Shown here piece by piece: positions 20,626-31,400 of a DNA stretch of 64,000 nt. The stretch spans positions 1-64,000 of the forward strand of contig DF237231.1 of assembly GCA_000708835.1 (NCBI GenBank). The letters run 5' to 3'. Below the pieces are notes generated by a model, which was not told where the DNA came from, ran no database searches, and was given only the letters and a program-made list of their open reading frames with translations. The position numbers were made by a program, and so were the translations under genes. The DNA is from Klebsormidium nitens. Taxonomy: Eukaryota; Plantae; Klebsormidiophyceae. The stretch's first letter is position 1, and every line of letters starts with the position of its first letter.

Positions 20626-21879
20626 TCACGTTTGATCTTCATAATGAACTTCGACCTCGATCACAAGACTGTCGGGTGCCCTCGCCAGAGGCTCGCTGAG
20701 AAGCTGCTCTAAGCCGTACCCCCGAATGCCCCAACTGAATCCTACAAAGGATTCTAATCCGTGAGGAAAATCGATGGGTGCACTTTTCCACACAAGGTCT
20801 TCACTTCGTAACAGCAGCCGGACGTTCATGAACTTGAGCCTGATTCCCTTCAGGTCTTCCACTTTAGGGCTGAAAAAATTCATTGGTATCAACGATCCAA
20901 GCGCAACGCCTTTCTTTGTTATCTTCACCCCCCACCACCTTTCTTGAGGCCCTCGGAAAACAAACCGCGGGTCTTCCTTGCCGCCGCTTAGCTTTTCCAT
21001 GACGGACACGAACGTGCAGCGAACTTTGAACCCTCGCAAGTCCGCGTCGTTTGTGACGGTCACGCCCGGATCCAACGCTTCCAGACCTTCCACCAAGCGC
21101 TGCAGATTCCAGTGGCGCGCCTGCGCCAGCAGCAGCGGATCCCGTTCCGCCGGAACGGCTCCGGTCGCCAGGTGCTCCAGGACGGCAGCCCAGCGCTGCG
21201 GGTGGCACGTGATGAGCGCGCGCCCCTGATCGTCGCGCGCGTAGTCCCAGTCCCCGGAGTACATCTTGTACAGGAGCGACTCCGGAGCGGACGCCAGAAC
21301 GCTGCGCGGAACGGAACCCTCCTGCCCGTTGCACGCGAGCACGTAGTGGAACCGCTCGCGCTCCTTCTCGGACCGCCTGCACTCCTCTCGGTGCTTCTTA
21401 GAATCTTCCAGTAGACCGGAAACCTGTTTCTGGTGTTCCTTTTCTTTTTCCGACATCTGCTGTTGGAGTGCGGCGTTCTTTGCTCGAAGCGCCTCAACTT
21501 CGGCGCGCGCATCCGCCTGCACCGTCGCAAGAACCGCGATGAGCGTGCGGAGACTTCCGCTCTGCTCTGCGACCTCGTGCACTTCGCTCGCAGCCGGCTT
21601 CGTCTCCGCCGCGCGCGCGCTCTCCGCTGTGTCTAGCTTGCTGGAAGAGTTTCCAAGGGCCTTCGATTCCGCTTCTGTAGGATATCCAGTGTCGGATGTG
21701 AATGCAGGGGCGTCGGTTTGCACGGCTATACTCGCAGTCACCGATTCTGGCTGGGACTCAAGTGACTTCTTTAGGTCAGGGGAATCGGTGACCGAAGAAG
21801 AGCAGTGTGCTTTTCTCGAGCATCTCGAACCCCACTTCTTGAAGGAAGGAAGCCGAGAGAGCCGTGCTTCAGAAGCCAT
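20626..21879 (-). CDS. Coiled-coil/BTB/MATH-like paralog 2 (intact, 417 aa)
   Basis: Single intact ORF with a coiled coil (EVEALRAKNAALQQQMSEKEKE), a T1-type BTB core and a C-terminal MATH/TRAF-like beta domain (FKVRCTF...RWWGVKI...GFSWG..YGLEQLL...DSLVIEVEV). The ATG directly follows a cag acceptor; the 5'UTR donor is at 22560. Confidence 0.85.
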   Translation of the reverse strand: MASEARLSRLPSFKKWGSRCSRKAHCSSSVTDSPDLKKSLESQPESVTASIAVQTDAPAFTSDTGYPTEAESKALGNSSSKLDTAESARAAETKPAASEVHEVAEQSGSLRTLIAVLATVQADARAEVEALRAKNAALQQQMSEKEKEHQKQVSGLLEDSKKHREECRRSEKERERFHYVLACNGQEGSVPRSVLASAPESLLYKMYSGDWDYARDDQGRALITCHPQRWAAVLEHLATGAVPAERDPLLLAQARHWNLQRLVEGLEALDPGVTVTNDADLRGFKVRCTFVSVMEKLSGGKEDPRFVFRGPQERWWGVKITKKGVALGSLIPMNFFSPKVEDLKGIRLKFMNVRLLLRSEDLVWKSAPIDFPHGLESFVGFSWGIRGYGLEQLLSEPLARAPDSLVIEVEVHYEDQT

Positions 21880-23520
21880 CTGTCAAAGGGAAAGGAAATT
21901 CTTGGTGTGAGGACTCATATGAACAAGCTTGGACCCAGCTGACCATCCTCAATAAAGAGGATTAGAAAGAGAGTGCCAGGTATGCAAAAAACCCTTCAAA
22001 CCCGCAGTATGAATCAAAGGAAAGATGAGTTCGATAGAGATAAGAAGCACGACCTGCAGCAGGCAAAGAAAGCATCCTCATTGTCTCTAGTCTCAGGTGC
22101 TATACTTTTTCGACGAGAAGCCGAACTAGCAGATGCGACAGTGAAGTCGTAATTCCGTCGCCGATACTGTTCAAGGTATACAAGGAAACTTGAGAACGTT
22201 TTGTTCAGGTAAGGCGAGAAAACAAAAGATCTAGAGATGTAAGATAGAGGCGTTTCTTATTTTTGAGTTTGTTCAGGTTGCAGTCGGCGGAGTGTGTCTG
22301 CAATGAGATGTACAAAGATAGAAGCTCTCGAACGGCCAGAAATCCTGCAGAGTCGGACTTGCAAATACAGGTCTCAGTACGTCCTATCCAGATGACTCGG
22401 ATGATATTCTTCAGATTCATTTGTTTGTTCGAAACTATCGAGACTGTGGCAAAGTGGCCACTCGCTACTCTGAGAAATGTACAGCATTGACAAAAAAGGA
22501 AGACTGACTCTTCGAACATAGTTTGGCAGGCGCTGCCTCTGATCAGCTTTGGGTCCTCACCTTCGTCAAATGACCGTCCAGCACAATCTTCTCCGACATG
22601 CAAGGTTTCTCTGCAACTTGTTCAATGACTGGCATATTGCAGAGCCGATTCCGGACAGAAATGAGCTCCGTTTGCTGTGGACTGCCGCTCTTCTCCGACA
22701 GAGTATTTGGCCGCGCGCCTGAGCCTGCCGCAGCTGAAAGAAGTACTGCGTTTACGTGGCCAGCCCTTCCGAGTCAGCCAGAACTTGCGCGGGGCGGCCG
22801 CGAATAGTAAAACCTCCAGGTCAAACCGCGCTCGAGGAGGAAGCGGTCGCACTCGCGCCCACGCGCGCGGAGCGCTTCTTGGCGCTCACAATATTCAAAG
22901 TGTCGGCGAAGATCATCACGCGTTCCCATAAGGCGTATTAGACGCATCCCCAGCATGCGTAATGTGCTCGGACCCAGCATGGCCGCCCGGTTGAAGGGCA
23001 GAATACCTGTGCCTGAGTACCGCTTGTGTATACGGAGACTCTCATAGAGCAGATTGACCCTTTAGTCTCAAGAACGGACCGTACATATTTCTTCAAAAAG
23101 GTGTACTCAGCAAATCAAACACGCGGATTCAGTGGTAGTGCATCTATGCATCTGGAGCATCTCCATGAAGTAGCTATGCTTTGCGTTGCATTCCAACATG
23201 GCGGACAAAGGCCCTTTATGATTCAAATATTAAGTCCGGAACCTGGCAACCATCCGCGTGAATTTGATGCTCAAGCCGTCAGAGTTGAAATACTGCACTG
23301 TCGCCATGACCTCAATGATACGTATATATGATGATCCCTGATATGCAGTCAACATCTTATTGTAAGCCTAAACAAGTGGTAATGCTTTCTTGTATCGTGA
23401 TTAACAAGAACGGACCAGTATGTTGTTTTGTCATCAGCACCACTTTACGCGCAAGTTCAAATCTCAGCCAACCTACACGGGCATGTTTACTACCGTCCCC
23501 GTGCGTCTTACTGCTTGCTT

Positions 23521-24709
23521 CTAGACATAACGAACTTCGACCTCAATCACAAGGCTGTCGGGAGCCCTTGCGAGAGGCTCGCTGAGGATCTGCTGTAAGC
23601 CGTACCCGCCCAAGGTCACCCAGTCAAACCGTATACATAGTTCTTCTCCGCAGGGAAACTCTTCGTGTGCGCTTTCCATCACAGGGTCTTCAGAGCGCAA
23701 TAGCAGCCGGAATTTCATGGACCTGACCTTGATCCCCTGCAGGTCTCCTAATCTTGACTTTGGGACAGTCATTGGTATCACTGACCCTAGCGTAGGGCCT
23801 CTATCGGATATTTCCACCGCCCAATATCTCTCTTGAGGCCCTGGGAAAACACAGCACAGGTCTTCCTTGCCAGCGCTCAGCTGCTTCATGACGGAAACAA
23901 ACGTGCAGCGGGCTTTGAACCCCCGCAAGTCCGCGTCGTTTGTAACGGTCACGCCCGGAACCTCCAGGCCGTCCACCAGGCGCTGCAGGTTCCAGTGCCG
24001 CGCCTGCGCCAGCAGCAGCGGATCCCACTCCGCCGGAACGGCTCCGGTCGCCAGGTGCTCCAGGACGCCATACCACCGTTGCGGATGGCACGTTAAGAGC
24101 GCGCGCCCCTTGTCGTCGCGCGCGTAGTCCCAGTCCCCGGAGTACAATCTTGTACAGGAGCGACTCCGGAGCGGACGCCAGAACGCTGCGCGGAACGGAA
24201 CCCTCCTGCCCGTTGCACGCGAGCACGTAGCGAAAGCGCTCGCGTTCGTCGTCAGACCGCCGGCACACTTCCCGGTGGCTCTCCAAAGCCTCCCTTAAAC
24301 CCGAGACCTCTTTCTTGTGCTCATTCTCTGTTTCGGACAGATTCAGCTGGAGTGAGGCGTTCTCTGCTCGGAGCGCGGCAGCTTCGGTGCGCGCATCCGC
24401 CTGCGCTTTGGCAAGCACCGCGACCCGCGCCCGAAGGTCTTCGTTCTGCTGCGCAAACGCCTTCACCTCGTCTGCGGCCGGCTTAGCAGCGTCCGGATCT
24501 GTCTGAGTACTCACAAAGATGGTTGCAGGGGCGTCGGTCTGCACGCCGACACTTGCCTTTCCCAATTCTGGCTGTGGATCCCATGACGTCTTCAGGGCAG
24601 GGGATTCAATGATAGAATTCTTCGAAGAAGAGCAGTGTGCTTTTCTCGAGCGTCGAAACGCCCACTTCGTGAAGAAAGGGGCCCGAGAGCGCTCTGCTTT
24701 AGACGCCAT
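23521..24709 (-). pseudogene. Coiled-coil/BTB/MATH-like paralog 3 with a +1 frameshift
   Basis: Paralog 2 reads tac aag atg tac tcc; this copy reads tacaagattgtactcc (extra T at 24146/24147). That splits ORFs 23801-24709 and 23521-24147. Confidence 0.8.
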
Positions 24710-25937
24710 CTGTCAAGTCAAATGGAAAGCTCGGTGTAAGAACTCGCTAGGTCAACTGAAAATCTCCAAGATGGAAATCCAAGCCCGAAAACGACCCAAG
24801 CCTGCGATGGAACTTCAGGGTTAAAGTAGTTCAAAGGAATAAACAGGTCAACAGTTGCGGCAAGAACGGACGTAGAAAAGAACGAAAACTCAGATCCGAA
24901 AGCGTCCTCGTCACTTTCCTTGTTGTCATTCTTAAGATTTTTCGACCAGACGCCGAAGTAGCGGATGCAAGTTGAGGATAGAAGCGCGTCGCTGACACTT
25001 GTGAAGGCGAAAATAGAAGGATACGAGGAAATTTAAGAGCGGTTTGTTCAGGTTACAACAGGAAAAAGACATTGTAAGACTTGCAAGACAAGGCTTATCC
25101 AACAACTTTGTTCATGAAGAATCATCTGGCTGACTTTACCTGCGGTGAAATCTCCCGATTGACAAACATAGAAGCTTTCGAAGCAACATGCCCAGCCACA
25201 AAACATTTGAAATAAGTCTCAGTAGGGAATGCATTGTCCAGGTTCACTTGGTTGTTCGGAATCTGCTGAGGTCATGTTTACTCTGAACATGCCGGCTAAA
25301 GGCTCTCTTAATGGACTGAACAAAGCTGGAAACTATGATCAAAGTCTACTTGGCCAGCGCTGCTTTTCTCAGCTTCAGTAGCTTACCTTCGTCAAACCGC
25401 ACTCCAGCAGCACCCTTTCCTCCCAGAGTCCCTACAGCAAATCTCTGCGATTTTTCCACCGCCTGGCAGGTTGCAAAAGCCGACTTTAGAAGAATGTGAA
25501 TCCTTTGTTCAGGTCGGCAACGCTTCTCGCGGGCACCAGTCTGCTAATATTCAGGAACGACTGGGCCCAACTTTCAGCCCGCGTGTGCCCGAGGCTGAGC
25601 ATGCGGAGTCAGCTGATACATGCGCGGGGCGGCCGCGAAGAGTACATCATCCGATGTGAAACTGGGGTGAGGCAGGAGCGCGCGCGTGAAGGTCGCACTC
25701 GCGGCCGCGCGCGCGAGACGCTTTCTTGCGCTCAGCGTCGCGGCGCTCGCCTGGCCGCCATCGCAGGCGCGCACCGCAAAATAAAGCCGCTGAATGCATA
25801 ACATGCTTCAAGGCGTCAGCTCGTTAGAAGAAGACTAAGAGGAGCACGTACGTAAGAATGCAGGCGAGCACGAGAACATCCTGAATTATGTAGCTGAAAA
25901 CTTGCCGCGAAGCAGGAGTCGAAGACCTCTTCTAAAA

Positions 25938-26109
25938 GAGCGCGAGCGATTTGGGTACGACACCGCATCTGAAGGAGGAAGAATGGCTTTGCTTGCGCAG
26001 TGCTTTTTTCTGTCTGCTCCGGAGTCTCTCCTTTGCACCATGTACTACGGGGAACGGGTTCCCGCCCGCGACGAAGATGGACGCACGCTAGTCACGCGCC
26101 ACCCTGGAT
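25938..26109 (+). pseudogene. Short inverted relic of the BTB domain
   Basis: ERERFGYD...FLSAPESLLCTMYYGERVPARDEDGRTLVTRHPG matches the family BTB core; the rest of the gene is absent. Confidence 0.75.
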
Positions 26110-26825
26110 TAATTGCCATCTGTCGCCCTGGGACACTTGAACTTGTTACAGAGAATCATTGTATGTTCAGTATAATTACGCGTATTCAGTATACTTACGG
26201 GGCATCTAATGCACGGCCTAGCATACGAAGAGTGCTCGGACCCAGAATGTCATTCCATGCACACGGTTTAAAAGAGAGCGACCTCGAACCACTTGCAGAG
26301 AGCAGTTAAGAAACCGAAAGAGACACTCAAAACACATACGAGTCAGATGCTTTGATGTTGCGCTCTGATTTCTTCAACAATGAATTGCTATCATCATCTG
26401 TGACTTCACGAGTGTATATCTGATCAAGTTGCTTTGCGCGCGCGCTCAAGTAGTCATGCATCAATACATCTAGACCTTCCGAGGAAGCAGCCATGTCACT
26501 TCGTTGTTTGTTTGCAACCCATAATGGCAGACAAGGCCCTTCGCCCTCGGAGCAATTGAAGCATGCAAGCTCACGGCAGTCCGTGTGAAATTGCTCAAGC
26601 CATTAACACTGACACGTCGGAATGAATCCAATGATACACGTAATAGTTTTCATAATATGCATATGCAAACAACACTTTCCTAAAACTACAGCATGGATTT
26701 CATCATCAGTGAGAATGCAGATTGAAGAGGATGTTTGATCACCAACATCCATCCCGTGAACTTGATCTTAGTCAACCTACACCGACGAGCAAAACGCCCC
26801 ATTGACTTCATCCAGGTGTAAGACG

Positions 26826-28444
26826 TCAATCTTCATAGCGAACTTCGACTTCGATCACGAGGTTGCCGTGAGCCTTTGCGAGAGGCTCGCTGAGAAGCTG
26901 CTGTAACCCGTACCCCCACTTCAACCAAGCGAACCCTCGAAAGCTTTCTTCTCTACTGGGAAAGTTGACGGGTACGCTTGCCTGGACAAGCGCCTCGGTG
27001 CGTAACAGCACACGGAATGTCGGAGACACCTTGATCCCTTTCAAGTCTGCCACGTTTGTCGGTTGCAAAGTCCTCGGTACCAGAGATCCAAGCATAACGC
27101 CTGCGGTCGATATTTTTACCGCCCACAACCTGCCTTGAGGCCCCGGAAATGTGTAGCTCACGTCTCCCTTGCCGCCGCTGAGCTTTTCCATGACCGAGAC
27201 TAAGGTGCAGCGGGCTTTGAACCCCCGATCTTCCTCGTCGTTTGTAACGGTCACGCCCGAGATCAAGGCTTCCAAGCCTTCCACCAAGCGATTCAACTTC
27301 CAGTGGCGCGCCTGCGCAACATAAGACACGAACACGAGTATCGGATTCAGGTTGAGCAACAGCTGTTGATGAGATAGGGAAGAGCCCAGAGGACGGGTGT
27401 GGTTCATTGGTTCATTGGTGTGGTTCCCAGAGGATCGGTCAGGGTGCTACGTTTGCATCTAGGGCAGTATTCCGCGGCGTCCTTTGTGAAGTTACACCTG
27501 ACTCAACTCAACCCGAGATTGAGACCTATAGATACGACTCCGTCTTATGAATGATGAGCCCAATGAATGGCAGATTCAAGCCCGGGGGACGGAGGGGGTT
27601 TATCTCTGGTTAGGGTGGTTTTGAGTGAGCGCATGACTGGTCTGGATTGGATTTTTGGATTATGATTCCCCAGTGGATTGACCTTCTCAACCGCAGTCCA
27701 GCAGAAGTTTACTCCTAGAGAATTCATCACCTGCGCCAGCAGCAGCGGATCCGATTCCGCCGGAACGGCTCCCGTCGCCAGGTGCTCCAAGACGGCAGTC
27801 CACCGTTCGGGGTGGCAGGTGATGAGCGCGCGCCCCTGGTCGTCGCGCGCGTAGTCGCACTCTCCGTAGAACATTTCAAACAGAAGTGAGTCCGGAGCGG
27901 ACGCCAAAACGCTGCGCGGGACGGAGCCCTCCTGTCCGGTGCACGCGAGCACGTATTGGAACCGCTCGCGCTCGTCCTCGGACCGCCGGCACGCTTCCCG
28001 TTGCTTCTCCAAAACCTCCTCTAGCTCCGAGACCTCTTTCATAAATCCCTTCTCTTTTTCCGACATTTCCTGTCGGAGTGCAGCGTTCTCTGCTTGAAGC
28101 GTGTCAGCTTCGGAGCGCGCATCCGCTTTCTCTTTCGCAAGCACCGCGACGCGTGCCCGCAGGTTCTCGTTTTGCTGCCCGAGCGCTTTCACGTCGCTCG
28201 CGGCCGCGAGCGTGCTCACTGCTGTGACCAGTTTTGCATCTGCCACAGTACCAGGCTCAAGAGAAGGAGCTTGGCCAGTGGTCTGCTCGCTCATGTTTGC
28301 TTTCAAAAAGTCTGACGGAGACTCCACAGACGTCGTCAGGAGCGGGGAAGTGATGGTCGAAGAGGAGCAACGCGCTTTTCCAGGGCACGTCCGTCCCCAC
28401 CTCGAGAATAAAGGGAGCCGAGAACTTTCTGCCTTAGACGTCAT
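26826..28444 (-). CDS. Coiled-coil/BTB/MATH-like paralog 4 (399 aa, two coding exons 28444-27731 and 27311-26826)
   Basis: ATG at 28444 follows a cag. Removing the phase-0 intron 27730-27312 (gtgatg...gttgcgcag) restores LLAQ|ARHWKL exactly as in the paralogs. Confidence 0.85.
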
Positions 28445-31400
28445 CTGTCGAACATAGAGGAAATGATTGATGTGAGACCTTTTTGATAGGATAACACCTG
28501 AGACCAGCTGATCGTCTTCAAGGTAGAGAGTCAGCACAATCACAACCAAGCATGCAGGTTGACTTCGGGTTTGCAGTTAAACCAGGGAACAATCGGTTCG
28601 AAGACGAAGGTGAGGAGAATTTGAGAAGCAGATGAATCTGTATGGTAAAACGCATCAATATCCTTGTCGCCTCTAATCTAAGTTTCTACAGCTCGCCGAA
28701 AAAACAGATACGACTTGGAGTTGAAGACAGAACCACGCTGTCGGTAGTTGTGAAGTCAAAAGTAGAAGCATACCCGAGAAAGAGACCGGTTTGTTCAGGT
28801 GAGTGGAGAATACAAGAGACTGGAAATAACGGCAAGCCAGAAGTTTGAACGAGCTTTTTCAGGATGCAATTTGCAGAGTGTGTCTGCGGTGGATATACAA
28901 GCACGGAAGCTCAGCTTGGAGAAACTTGTTCAGCCAAACAAGTCTTTTCCGTTGCAAAGTCAGGTTCCGGAAAACATCTTGTTACTAGGCTTCATACTGC
29001 AATTGGTCACATGCAATTGGAGATATGCAATCTGCTGAGGTGTGCAAGTTATCTTGACATCCTGAGCAGACCAGAAGAAGGCTTTCATCAGAGAGTTATA
29101 GTTTGAACAAACACGGAAGAACATCCAAACTTCTTTGGACAGCGGTGCTTGCTTTCAGCGTCAGCCCCTTACCTTCTTCAAGTGGCTCCACATGAGCTGG
29201 ATTTCCTCACATGTCAAGGCACTACTAATTATTCCAAAAAATGGTCCCAGAAGGTTTGCAGAGTCCTACCCCGGACTGTCAATCTGCCATCAGGCTTGCG
29301 GTGCATTACTGGGGCTTGCGACCGCGCCTCTAAGCATGCGGCGGCTGACGTAGCGCGCCCGCTCGACCGCGCTACTGAGTCCGCCAATGACAGCCTGAGC
29401 TTATATATGATGCGCATTGCGCGGGGCCGCCGCGAACGGTACAACCGTCGGGCAAAGCGCGCGCGCCGTGGGATTAAGCGCGCGCGTGAAGTTCATGGTC
29501 GCGGCCGCACGCGCGGGGCGCCTATGGCGCTCAGTGTCCGGCGCGCCGCAAAGTAGCTGCTGGATGTGTAAAGCGCTTCGAGCGCGGGTCGTTGCTTTGG
29601 TTATCGAAGAAGTAAGACTACAGGCGAGCAAGTCGAGAGCAAGCCTCGCTGAGGAAGTGTCAAGCGCTTGAAGCCAGCTTGGAGGCACGATCCTCAAGTT
29701 TGACAGCTATTCTCAGAGCAATATCGCCGTCCTCCAGACTCGCACGCAAACCTGAGCTACAGTGGGGACGTTCCCAGATGGCTGAAATAGACATCCCTGG
29801 CCACCGCCAATATCGTGGGCGAACTGACGATTATCGAGATCGTGCGCCAGGTCATGAACCTGAGCATTACCAGGGACGTTGCCAGCCAACACGCTCTGGG
29901 TTCGGGCGGAAGACGGAAGACTCTCGGCTGGATCGGTACAGCGGCTCTCCATCCGTTAGAAATGCTTGACAGATCGATGTCCTTAGAGTAATCAACAACG
30001 AAAACCGCAGGCCTGAGCACGTTGGAAAAAACACAACTTCGAAACAACTGCCAGTGAACCCCCCTATTCTGGTTGGGCTCTGCACCGCGGGCAACTCTCT
30101 GACATCTTTTTTTGGCCGCATCAGGTAGCAACTTGTGCCTGTCGATAGCAACTGAAGGATCAGGAGAAGGGGTAGGCCGCGCGCTGTGGCTGCAATCGTG
30201 CAGCTGGCACAAACTCCTAACTCCGCTTCAGGAACTGATGGGTCACGACTTCGACGCGCTTCGAAGCTCCCCGCTTGCTCACATGTGTCAACGAACGTAC
30301 GTCTCCTGACGAAATGTTGCAGACCTTGGCAGAAACTGAGCTTCAGCAAGGTGGTAAGCTGGGCAGGCGCACACTTAGCGTATATTGAGGGAGGCCATAC
30401 GTACCCTGATGAAGAATGAAAGCTCATACGGTTCGAGAAACCATGTCAATGCATATCCTTTACCAGCTTGTGCTTGTGTACGTGAGAGGACAACAAGCAC
30501 TCAGAGGTCGGAACCAGCGCCCCGATCGCTAGAATGATAATAGAAACGCCCATCCAACCTTTTGTAAAAATGCCTCGTATGCATATAGTCTCGTGTGCAT
30601 TTGAAAGTCTGAAACGTGGGCGTCCAGCGAAGGCAATCCCGACCCATGCCTGGCATGCTGATTTTCATTTAGGCCCGGAGGATCTGACATTTGCCCTTGG
30701 CAAAGCGGGGCCGGCCGCGGCTTGTACCAACGGGTCGTATAAGTACGTAGCGGCGAATCATACTTCTTGATTTGCAGCATTTCAACAGGCCATTGCCAAC
30801 CAGCTCAAATCACAATTGCGCACAATCAATCCACATTGGAGTCGATGGTAGCTTATTAGTGAGAAATGACTGGGGCTTTCCAGTCTCTTTCCATGTTCAT
30901 TACCCGTACGTGCCTTTTCTTAAAAACAACTCTGGTATTCTCTAAACCCCAGAACGACCACGCACGGAGCGGGTTTAGGACTGAGGATGCAAAGCATGGA
31001 CCGTAAAGGGCGGCGCGAGAAAGAGCCTCACACCGACTCTGAAATCGACAAGGCAGTCGACGTTTTCCCCAATCTTAGAAGCCATTCTAAAGAAAGCCTT
31101 CAACGAAGGATGTAAAGAGCGTCCACGTGGATTCCTTCAAAAATACACCAGATCCAGCACATAAAATGTCACGGCTCTTCCAACATCCGCATGCCACGAT
31201 CATGGCTTTTTTTGGAAGTCTTGGAGAAGTCCGTTAAAGGGCAGTCACGTTTCCAACGCATTTGCTTTGGAGAAGTATATTTCAGACAACCGCGCGGGCA
31301 ATGGCTCCTCGTACAAAGACGAGGCAGAGCCGGACGTCAGGACTCTAGCAGAAGAAAAAGACTGCATGGACTTTCGCATATAACAGCGTACGAGATACTT

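Larger units (their letters stand above)
20400..29570 (-). repeat. Three tandem gene-sized duplication units (about 20400-22930, 22930-25800, 26170-29570), each carrying a BTB-MATH paralog
   Basis: Homologous 3' flanks, 5'UTR introns (donors at 22560, 25386, 29172), intronic blocks (ttgttcaggt at 22201, 25044, 28791) and GC-rich upstream blocks (about 22790-22890, 25620-25790, 29420-29560). Boundaries are approximate. Confidence 0.8.

Noticed and set aside
6616-30721. Shared 14-mer gggccggccgcggc at 6616 and 30708
   Set aside because: Flanks do not align, and several chance 14-mer matches are expected in 64 kb of this composition.
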